DNA of 62,879 nt, filler included, from Sphacelaria rigidula (taxonomy: Eukaryota): NCBI GenBank assembly GCA_964200075.2. It is 10 parts of 10 records of this genome, joined end to end, with 100 filler letters (N's around TTAATTAATTAA, not from the genome) between each part and the next. Parts side by side here need not be neighbours in the genome. Positions count along the whole stretch, not along the records: positions 50,386 to 56,582 come from CAXNAA020021576.1; positions 56,683 to 62,879 come from CAXNAA020021577.1; 8 more parts are not named here. One strand, given 5' to 3'. Below are positions 52,139-62,879 of this stretch, piece by piece. Every line of letters starts with the position of its first letter. The stretch's first letter is position 1. The position numbers and the translations under genes are program-made. Below the pieces are notes generated by a model. That model saw only the letters and a list, made by a program, of their open reading frames with translations. It was not told where the DNA came from and did not search any database.

Positions 52139-52938
52139 GACCCACTTTTATGGCAGGCACGAATCTCGATTTTGTTCGAAATCGGGAGGACAAAAAATCG
52201 GGAAACGCACTTGATGGACACGGATTTGGACCAAATCGAGGGCGAAAAAATCGGGGGGAAAGCGTTCCGAGATCGTGACTTCCCCCGATTTGTTTGAGGT
52301 GACGTACGTGCATGACGTATATTGCTACAGTACGAGGCGTTTCATATTTTTGTAACGGCAGCAGAAGACAGTCTCGTGACAGCACGGGCGTGCGTACTGC
52401 CGCCCCCAGCTGCTGAAGCAACTTCTCACGGGGTTTGACAAGCGGATAATAAGTGCTGACGCCATACCCTACGGCGATAGAAATTATATACTGCGCTGCG
52501 CTGCCATGTTTTACTAAAACGAACGCTACTGTACTCTCCTCGCTGTTGTCGCTGTGCTTGAAGGGTGATGTGCGGCACTGCACTATTAAACTCTGCTCGC
52601 GCACTGTTTGTTGTCTGTTCTCGCAGTACCGACTGTACCATTATGTACTACCACAAGGCATTATCATGTACTGTACTGATGAAGTGCCCTGCACTGTATT
52701 ACCCTACGTTATCAAGGTACGACACTGTACTCGAAAGATTGTTTACCGCCTGCCTGCTCTTCGGCTTTATGCACGAGTACGCAGCACCACACTCATGCAA
52801 AAAATGACCGTTTGTGTACAGAACCGTTTCACAAATCTGTGATACTGACTGTACCGCCTGTGCTGTAAAACGGTCCCCTCGATTTTTTCAAAATCGGCAT
52901 CCCAAAAAATCGAGATTCGTTCGCCATAAAAGTGGGTC
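52139..52938. mobile_element. PIF/Harbinger (Tourist-like) MITE A
   Basis: TGA|GACCCACTTTTATGGC...GCCATAAAAGTGGGTC|TGA. Confidence 0.82.
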
Positions 52939-52941
52939 TGA

Positions 52942-53411
52942 GGTCGGATGTTATGGCAAACAGATTTTTGGCCCACGGATTGTTCACTTTTGGGACGTTT
53001 GAGCCGCGTTTTGACCCCCAAACCAAGAAGACCGCCAACACACGTCTCGCACACTTTGTATCACCCCACAGAAAGGAGCCTAGTCTGCCTTTCAGATTCG
53101 CCTTGCTCCGAGGTTTTGAGATTGATCGCTGAAGAAAAATTCGTGCGCAAAAATCTGCGCTCGCCGATCCACATAATATTGGGCAAACTGGCGGAGGTCG
53201 GCAAGCACAGATTCTTTCGCACGGATTTTTGTTCAGCGGCCAATCTCGAAACCTGGAAGTCAAGGGAATCTGAAAAGCAGACTAGGCTCCTCTCCGTGGG
53301 GTGATGCTAAGTGTCCAAGACGTGTATTGGCGGTTTTCCCTGTTTGGGGGTCAAAAGTCCCAAAAGTGAACAATCCGTGGGCAAAAAATCTGTTTGCCAT
53401 AACATCCGGCC
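52942..53411. mobile_element. PIF/Harbinger (Tourist-like) MITE B, near-complete foldback
   Basis: TGA|GGTCGGATGTTATGGCAAACAGATTTTT...AAAAATCTGTTTGCCATAACATCCGGCC|TGA; arms pair over ~150 bp. Confidence 0.87.
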
Positions 53412-56400
53412 TGAGGACGCGAAACATTGACGCCCGGCAGGATGAGCGGTGAAAGATATGAAAGTCGACAGGCGTCCAGCAGACTTTTGCCATGGTCTCG
53501 ACGATGTTTTCGTTTTCTTGTTGTGTTCCCGCACGGTCTATGTTTTTCGTCTATATGCCATGCGCCTTGACTTTCATGATCACCTCTGCTGTTTTGCTGT
53601 ACTGAGACAACAAAACGCGTTCGACATATGCACCAATGATAATATTCCGCCGCACATCGTGCACAACAGCCATTCCTATACCGGCGTTATCTCTTCACCA
53701 TGGAACCCCCCACCCCGCGCCCCTTCGAAGCCTGTTCATTTAGCATCCAACTACAGTTTTCGGCGTGCAAGGGCTCAATCTCTTGAATCCCCGCCCCCCT
53801 GGTTGGACGCTGAACGGACCTTGTATGAGGAAATAGTCAGTTCCTGTTATAGCAGACTATACTACAGGGTGGTTCACGCGAAGGACCCAAATTTCTGTCA
53901 TCAGCAAATGCTTTCCGTAATACGCACACAATAGTCGCATACATGGTATCATCCTGACCGCAATGAACAGACGCGGAGGATGACATGGCCGAATTTTTGT
54001 TCAAGGCTATACCAGTGGCGCTATGGATAAAAATGAGTGTCGACCAATAGGCGCCTTTCAAATTGTTTTGAAATTGAAAACACTGATTGCGAACCCAATT
54101 TTCACCGAATCTCTACATGCTTCAAGGTATAGTAACCATCATCAGCTCCGGAATCTAACGGGACGGACAGATTTGAAAACAGTTCCATTCGGGGTCGAAT
54201 TATGCCCGAAACTGTCATGTTTCGGTGATGTGGAGTTTTGGTATCATCTGATTTACACTCATGATACGTACCTGAGAGCCAGGAAGCCTCGTGACAATTT
54301 CCCTTATATCTGCTGTAGAAAAGCTCATATCATCCTCAAACTTGGCAGTTCGGTATTTCAGGTATTGATGCTCCGATTGGTAAACTTGTATTCTTGGCAA
54401 GATTTGAAAGTTTCTCCGTTCTCTGCCGGCTTCCGGGGGTCCTGGTGTGAAGACCCCCGGAAGCCGGTACAAAATGCTTCAGAATAAAAAGGATGACATG
54501 ATGCGTCCCGGGATAGTCCAAGGAACACATGTACAAAGTTTGGTCGAGAAACTTGAAAATATCATACACTCTATCTTGCTTTGACGTAATATTTACCCCA
54601 AAAAGACGAATTTATACTGAAACCAAGTAGTTAGGAGTGTGCATGTTTCTAAGCGCACGTCCTCGCACGAACGCACAAACCTTCACGCAGTTATGAGGAG
54701 TTAAACTTGAAACTTTGCACAAATATGCTATGGGTCATGCTGCAAGTTTCGATCGACGAGAGGTTTTTCAACATCTTCACCTTTTTACCGTGTTTCGGGG
54801 GTCCGACGGGATTCCAGTCGTTTTTTCCAAGTCGTTTCCATTCTGGTACCCCGGAAAACCGGCACCACGATTTTTCTCTTCAATGTTTTTCGCGAACGAG
54901 TCATCGCAAAAACCAAGGAGGGGCCCAACAAAGTTTCGTCGGCAAACTCGATTATTTGATGCTTGAATTTTCATATTCACGTCAAAGAAGGCCCGAAAAC
55001 GCTATTTTCATACCAAAGTCTAGCAATTTGCGGTTTCACTGTGGTACGGCAAGGTTCGTCGCACAAACGCGAAAAACTTCACGCCGTTTCGTGAGTTCGA
55101 CCCCGAAATTTTGCACAAACGTGCTATGGGTAATTACGCGACACCGAGTTTATGGGTACGGATTATTATTCAATAATTAAACTCAAATCAGCAGTTTTTT
55201 GTTGTTGCTTTCCATGTTTCTCGAACGGATTCAGCCCGGGGTTCCTGTGTTGGTGGACACGTGCGCTACTCGAGCCCCATGATCCACAGAGAGGTCACCA
55301 AGACAGAATTGTTGGGGGATTTTCTTGTCCAGGCCCAGTCTGGGCTTCATTTCCCTCCGCTAGCTGGCTACAGTCCAGGACAACAGTACAGTATATCACT
55401 GATATTTTCACAAGGACCATGGCATCATGAAACAAGCTTACGGTATACCTTCGAAGGGGGGCGGTGCTCTAGCACACAGGGTCACACACGCAAGAGAGAT
55501 ACATGTTTGCGTAAGCTGTCTAATGTCCCGTGTGTAGAGTACTTGATTGCTTCGTCATTGTATCTCTGAACAATTTCTGTCGCAACTGTATCTTAACCGC
55601 GAAACGCCAACCCTGGCCAGGCGGTGGGCATCGCGTGAATACTGTCTGTACGGCACCGATGAACATGAGCCATGTAGAAAAAAAGCACGACGACCAACAA
55701 TAAGGAGCCAGCAGCATTGATGCCGATTTAGTCCTTTTCTCGGGGTCGTGCTGTCCGGGCAGCATGAAACATCGCACAACGACGACGGCAGCACTGCCTT
55801 ATCTCATGCCCCGTATACAAAGCCGTGCAGGATACAGGAGCAAGATAGGCGCAAATGGAGAATGCAACGTCAACCCCGGCCACCGGAACCACACCGCAGG
55901 CATGATGACGCTCATAGCGAACGATGGGTGCACCAACTCGTTTACAAGAAGACAAAGCACTCCTTATGAGACCATTGTTGTCCTGGATACCATCTTACCG
56001 CAGCACGGTCCTGCACTATGGCTGCGGGGACCAGAGGGCTGGTGAACACAAGTGTGACGGAGTCAATACCAAGATCAAGTTCGCGTTGTATAACTTGACC
56101 CGTACCTATGGACCCACAGCCAATTACGCAACGTTGGGTGAACGAGGTTTTCTATTTTTTGTTTTTCGCCGTTTTACGGGGGTCCGACTGGACTGAAGCT
56201 TCCCCGAAAAACGGTGGGAAAAGTAGGAAAATAAAGAAAAACTCGACGTTCGGAAGTTGCGTAGTGACCCCTAGCACATTTGTGCGAATTTCAGGGTCTA
56301 ACGTCTTAAAACGGCGTCAAGTTTTGCCGATGAATGTTGTTTTGGTTTTTTCCGTGAACCAGTCTGTATACTCTACTGTACACGCATACATCTTAGCTTC

Positions 56401-59400
56401 TCGCCAAACGTGTTCATCATGACTGCATCAAACCCCTCCCTCACGAGATTATTCGCACTTTGGCTCATTTCGCTAAAATTCCGTACCAACCCCATATGTT
56501 GTAGGTGTGTGTGTGGGTGGGGGGGGGGGGGGGAAGGGAGGGAAAAAAAAGGGTAGTTGTGGGGGGAGAAAAAAAGGGCAAGNNNNNNNNNNNNNNNNNN
56601 NNNNNNNNNNNNNNNNNNNNNNNNNNTTAATTAATTAANNNNNNNNNNNNNNNNNNNNNNNNNNNNNNNNNNNNNNNNNNNNCTTCCCTGCAATGGAGGG
56701 ATGGGACTTCAACCTCATATTTTGTTTCAACCCCAAAAATTAGGATCGGCTGTTTTGTACACATACGCCCGATATATATACCCACATGCTTTTGAACTCA
56801 AGGCATCTGTGCGGTGATGAAACGGCTGTTATGAAACGGCTGTTATGAAACCCTGATACAGTAGCATCGTTCATCTGACCCCATGCGAGGCGCGTCTGTG
56901 TTGACAGCAGAGTGCCTACGGCACACTCGCTGGACTTCGTCCTGCATGACTGCATGCAAAAAGCGCAAAGAGTAAACCGGGTTCGAAAATACCACATACA
57001 TACATGAACAGCGGAATAGTCGACGTTTGACTGTGTACACGAGGCGGTGCGACGGATGGTACGATAGGGGGGGGGGGTGTTTTGGGCCACTTCTTCCGCG
57101 AAGGGGCCACTTTGGAGTCATCTTCGGCTAGGGGGGCGGGTGTTGTAGGTCTCTTCTTGGGCGAAGAAGACACTTCGAACCATCGTTGCAAGCAGAAAAT
57201 TTTGTTCTCATACTCTTGTTGTCAACATCACACGCGTGTTCACAAGGATTGACATCTCTCTCACCCACCTACAAGGATGACGGGTGGCCGAGGTCGTATC
57301 AGTGCACACTCATGGACCGAGGTGAGTACTTTTCCCGGCACCACCTTCCGATCATGTGTTACGGACTCTTTTTGCCTTGTCCGTGCGATCAATAGTGGAC
57401 TGGTCGGCAGTGAAACCGTCATCATTACTGTCAGGAATAGACTCCACTGATAGGCCCAAGTGGCCAATGCTATATTAGTTTGATCGCAGGGCTACACTAC
57501 AAGTGTATTCCCCAGTAGGACATGATGCAGCACGGAGAGATATACGCAGGTAACTGGTCGGCGGCGCCGGCGACAGTTCTTCTCATCGGCTGGCAACCGT
57601 CGTTTCCTCAGCCATGTCCGATTTTCATCAAAACCCAACCGGACTGATGTGCGCTCATCCAGTGCGCCTCCCGTAGTTATGCAAGGCAAGTGGATGTCCA
57701 ACAGGAGGACATGCTGACATCCACACTTGCCCTACAGTCTCATCCCATGCGGACGGTGCCTTGCGTGCGACGAGAACGGGCTCAATGTCGCGCCCCGAGT
57801 TCGTGTGCGGGTCGGCAAGGATGAAAGCCGCCGAGCAGTACGACAGGCGTTTTCTCATACGCTCAACTACGCCGTCCACGTCTAGCTACCAGTCCGTATT
57901 AGGGTCGTCATCGGACGCCGGCCACGATGACTCCGCTTGTGGCGGTATGGTGCCTTCGCGACATCGGGCGCATTCCTCGGATCCACCGTCGCGACAGCTA
58001 CTGCACCTGCATGGGTAGAATGCGGATTAGCGAAGCGAAGCTCTGGAGATACCACGATATATTGCGCCGGAATGAATAAACATTTCTATCACATTACTGG
58101 GAGCGCTGCTGCTCGCAAGTAGCAGCAGTAGTAGTAGTGGTAATGAAGTGGAGTGTCAAGCGAGGAACGAACTTTCTGCTGCACTCTCACAGGAGAGTTG
58201 TGGATATAACTTCACTCGAGAGGAAGGTGGCATGCAACTTCCTTTTTCAGACTCCCACTTCAAAAAGCGAGGCCTTCGCTATGGAGTTCACGCGCGCACG
58301 CGTTATTGCTGATGGTTTGGCTATCAGGTGGGGTCTGGCTGTTGATACACGGGGACGTCTCAATAGTCGAGATGCTGCACGTACGGCGGTGCGGCTGTAT
58401 GGGTACCAAAGAATCATTGATGTGCTTCAGGAAAGGTACGCGCCGCTTTGAAAATTGGTCCTGGAAGCACTGCCCCCTCGCCCTGAATCCGGTCTCTACC
58501 TTACACGGCGTTTGAGATATCGTTAACCCCATTCAATGGGCATACGCTTGTGTTTGTGTAAATGCGAGACAGAGTCCTGCGGAGGGGGGAACAATCAGGT
58601 GACGCCTACAACTAGGCGGCCGGCGCAAGAAACTTCGTTTCACCCTTCGTATGCGGGAGGGTGACGCTCTGACGCGGGCATCAATATGAGGTCGCACAGA
58701 CGTATATCGACGAAATTTTGACGGTACATTTCGTGCCATCACCGCTAGACGTCATATACACGGTGGTGACGAGAATCAACGACCTTGGGGTGATCATAGC
58801 GCGTATGCAAGCCATTGCAACTACATGCTAACATGTGTATATATTTATATAGAAATATGCCTTACCGGAGATTCAAATTTCGAGGGCACCTGTCGACACA
58901 GATCCTTCGTAATTCCAAGCATAACCCGCACATATTGTGTCCTGCACCTCTCCGGGCGCATGCATTCCATGTGGTTGCTGGGGCGGACGGCCCATGACTC
59001 GAAGGGACGTGCAGTCGTGTTTCATCTTGGTCTTGCGTGGCAACGGGTGAGTGTGTCGGTATATGCTATCTACGTTGAAGAGGATGGTGTGTCGCCGCAG
59101 CTTCGCTCGGTGTTGCTCCCTATTGCCAACCGTGGTCAACGCACACGCCGAGGGGGGAAAAGCGGAAGTGCTTCGGCATGTTGCAGTACGGCGGCATCAC
59201 AGTATATCTTCTCCCTCTCTTCATGGTTCGCAAGAGGCACTCATGCGTCGAAGCATGGGTGGATACCACTCATACGCCAACAGAAACTTTCTTACATCCG
59301 AGGTAGGCCTAGAATTCGGTGTGCGTACGGGTTGACCGACATGGACTGTATTTTTGAGGGGGAAGAAAGCGGAAGGACAGAGAGGGAGAGGTCGGTCACT

Positions 59401-60382
59401 ATCACCAGACGTCACTGTGCCCTACTCGCAGGAGCGATGGCTCACCCGAAGACAGAGGCTGGCGGATCTGACTCTCGCAAGCGGCGGCAACTTCTTCCGA
59501 AATTTCTTTGCCCAGGCGTCACGTCACGGGAGAGGATTTGACGGCGTTTGCGACTGGCATATCGACTCATCAGGTAGCACTTTTCAGCGTGGGGTGTGGC
59601 ATGGCTCTCTTCTCACTGCATATATTATTATTCCATCGCTTCCCTGAATAATGACTTCACGAAGTAGATTGTGTGTCTATCCAATAATACAGTATATTGT
59701 TGCATGAACAGCGGCTGTCAGGAGCGGCTCATCTCTCGCTGTGTCCTGCACCATTCCACATGAAACCCATTTTAAACATCCTGGTTGAACTCGAGTCATT
59801 TTACAAAGCGGCCGTTGGCAACCAAAGTGTGTACAAACGACTGCGTATATGGTTGTACGTCGCGGTGCAGTCATTTCGAAAAGTGGCTCATTCACACTCG
59901 TTTACGGTGGATATAGATATTTCAGTCAAAGAGCGGCTTTCTGCAGCGGCTCATCTCTCGCTTTGATCCTCCTGAGATCGAGTTAATAGCACCTCGAATG
60001 CACCAGCTAAACTCGAGTCGTTGTGTACGGCGCAGTGCAGACGTTTTGCAGAGTGGCCAAATCCCCTTATCTAAAGGCTGGCAATCGCCTGCCTTCTGAT
60101 ATGGTGCGTAAACTGGGGAATTGTCTTGACACTGAAGCCAAGTGGTTGTCGACTGCCCATCGCATCCGAAAAACCCGAATCCTGTTCTGAATGAAAGTGA
60201 TATGCTGGGAAGGGGTACCGCATACAAAGAGTCATCATTGAACTGAGAGTGTATTGCATAGGTCGTAGTCAAACGATGGATACCATCGATATATTCTAGA
60301 TATTGTAACAGTGACATCGCTCATTCACGTCTTTTCGGTGCCAGCGTTGAGCAGCTCTGGGGGAGCGTCGATGAATACCCAC

Positions 60383-60525
60383 TCACCATAGTGAAACCAA
60401 GGAGTTGTTGACTACACCGAAACCAAGTACTCATTGACCTCACTGGAAGCAAGTGGGCACTGACTACACTGAAAACGACTACATTTGACCACACCGAACC
60501 CTAGTGACTTAATCCCACACGAAGC
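60383..60525. repeat. Degenerate ~26-bp tandem repeat (5-6 units)
   Basis: Recurrent TGACYACACYGAAACCAAG core. Confidence 0.6.
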
Positions 60526-62879
60526 TCGAGTTCAATCATAAGCTTGAATGTAGTGCGCATACAAATGTCATGATTCATCCGTGATGCCGGTGATATGCAG
60601 CATGAATCAAACTCTTATCGGAGCACATGCCCCTCATGAACACAAGACGACTGAAACTCCTCGGATATGCGCTGCCCAAGCACAGTCGATCTCTGGGTGG
60701 TGACAACGTTGTTCAACCTGTATACTGATGAAGAAACAGAAAAATAGGACTTTCCACCTTCAAAAAACGTTCACGCGAGATTGAGAGTAAAGCGCTGATG
60801 GACAATGGCTTTGGTCATTCGCTTTAAGTCAGCCAATTTCTCATTCCGTGTGTGCTTTCTTTACCTCCATCCCTGGCGTGTGCTTACAGCTATGCATCGA
60901 TATCCTACTCAAGTATATCAAGGGCCTCAGTGGCAAGCTACTGCAGAGAGCATATCGGGCCTCGTGGAGGGCCATTTAGGAAGTGAAACGATTCATTCTT
61001 TTTGACCATTTTCCATTCTCAATCGTATCCTCTATTCTCAATCTCATGAATACATTGCTTCACACGCTTTGAAGATCAGGGCGATCAGAGCTTTTCTACA
61101 ACAGATAAAAGGGAAACTCTTCTCGATCTTTCGTACGTGTCATCAGTGGAAATCCGAGTACGCCAAAACCCCACGCCACCGGGAATACCGCGGGTTGAGG
61201 TATGACTCCATCTCATGGTAACAGTTCCTAAATATGTTCCTCCTGTTGGACTCTCGAGCTAGTGACGATCACTTTGATTTAAAGTATGTGCAGATTGGGT
61301 AGGAATTGCATGAGGCATTCGTGTTTTCAATTTCAGAAAAATTTGACGGACGCTGATTGGTCCATGCAACATTTCGCCCTTAGGGCTCCCAGCATGGCCT
61401 TCAACAAAAATCCGGCTATGACACCCTTTTAGTCTGTTTATGGCGGTCAGAATAGTACGATGTGTGGGAGTATTGGGTAGGTATTGCGAGAGGGATTTGC
61501 TGATGACACAATTATGGGTGTGAATCGGCTTGTACATGGATGGAACCCAGCTTCCCGCAGCTCTTTGAGTACAATACAACTCGAGGTGAAACCGCGGAGC
61601 GAATGCGGGCGGCATTCCAACCATGATACCTGCTGTCAGTACGAGATGACGCCTACGATGAGGTTTCCTGCAAGATACTGGTAGAGGAGTAAGTTGCGAT
61701 AAGAAGAGCCAAAAATTGAACAACAGCGAAACGTTCAGTCCGAGGACAGAAGGGCAAGAATACAGGGCCTGAGATGATACAACCACACAACGAGCTAGGC
61801 TGGCCAAGAGTTTCTATTAACGCTTGAACAGTTTTGCGCTGCTTAACTTCACGAGTCGGACCACTTCTTTTTGTTCCTGAATTGTTCCGTACTGGGACAA
61901 TTAACACGGCTCTTGGCCCTCAAACGGGAAATATCGCCAGTACATGTCTCAGACCCTTTGCATGGGCCCATCGAGAGGAGTCTAGTCCACGTTTCCGATT
62001 CGGCTCCGGGGTTTCGAGAATGGCCTTGGAACAAAAGTGCGACTGCACATGAAACAATGTGTGCACTATGTGGAAAAATCGAAAAATCACAACAGGAACC
62101 AGCAGAGACCGTATTGTTTCATGCCTAGTTGGAATTTCGTTCGAGGCTACCGTCGAAACCTGGGAGCCAGGCGAATCAGAAAAAAAGGACTAGACTTATC
62201 TCCGTGGGGTGATGAAAAGTGCCTCCCAAGAGGTGTGATGGTGATATTCCTTGTTTAAGGGTCGACTCTGTGACCACGGGTTCGAGAGATCGAGCTAATG
62301 TGACGGATGAAATAATCATAATAATGATGATAAAATACGGGCCGAACGGCCCATCAAATGTCTCAAAAATAGAAAAACACTCTCCTCTGCCCCGAAAAAT
62401 GTTGGAAAAATCTAGGCGATGAAGTCTATATTCATTATGTTTGAATGAAGTTGTTGCAACAAAAGATATCGGTACAATCTGTTGCGTTTCAACGAAACGA
62501 CGAACCACGTAAGACCGTTTCATAAGTATCCTTTTCACGGAGAGTACCTCTTTTGTGTTGATTCATAGTCTACCTGTGTGAATGACGTTTCAGGTAGGAT
62601 ACTGCTACAGTAGGCGTGTTGTCATGATTTGTCAATGAAAGATACTCTAGCAGAGAATATAGGCCACATAAGCTACAGGATATATATCTTGTGTGCAACT
62701 TTGCAGTTGATCTAAGCTAGCAAGGCTACCGCGTCAGCAATAATAATAGCAAGGTTGAATTGAATGATACGATTAGACCTTACGTACGTGTAGAGGGTTG
62801 GATTCTTCTTCCAGGATTGAACATGGTTGCAAGCGGTGGTCTATCACCCTTGCAATCACTCTCCCAAGCTTACCGAGCT

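Noticed and set aside
52670..52700. Hammerhead ribozyme cores (CTGATGA here, at ~60726 and elsewhere; also sought in the LTRs)
   Set aside because: No correctly placed GAAA with stems I and III.
58825..59541. 238-aa ORF and most other short ORFs in the track
   Set aside because: No recognisable domain; many are antisense shadows of real exons, microsatellite translations or run into N gaps.
61484..61684. FADDT as a reverse-transcriptase catalytic motif
   Set aside because: No upstream QG..LSP or downstream YLG motif in frame.

Overview
Eukaryotic draft-genome sequence, most likely a brown alga (Phaeophyceae, Ectocarpus-like). This is inferred from the stramenopile-type ACCase, the ~0.5-1 kb GT-AG introns and the 5S-like sequence. 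The window is not one locus. It is ten contigs of almost identical length (6199, 7 x 6198, 2 x 6197 bp) joined by nine 100-bp N44-TTAATTAATTAA-N44 linkers, i.e. size-sorted unplaced contigs, so nothing can be inferred across gaps. Host genes are all partial: 7 in-phase exons of a homomeric acetyl-CoA carboxylase (-), the last 4 exons of Notchless/Rsa4 WD40 (+), the terminal exon of a P-class PPR protein (-) and a DUSP-like exon of a probable ubiquitin-specific protease (-). The rest is transposon-derived: a complete 3.67-kb non-autonomous gag-only LTR element with TSD, an RTE-type LINE remnant, tRNA-derived SINEs, and many MITEs with mariner, hAT, Harbinger or piggyBac signatures. The best candidates for something new are (1) a 5S rRNA-derived, SINE-like element lying sense inside an intron of the 60S-biogenesis gene Notchless, (2) a composite hAT-type element with a perfect 8-bp TSD carrying ~0.7 kb of captured DNA, and (3) the gag-only LTR element lacking a canonical primer-binding site. 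No CRISPR array, intact transposase/pol or clearly novel protein system could be supported.
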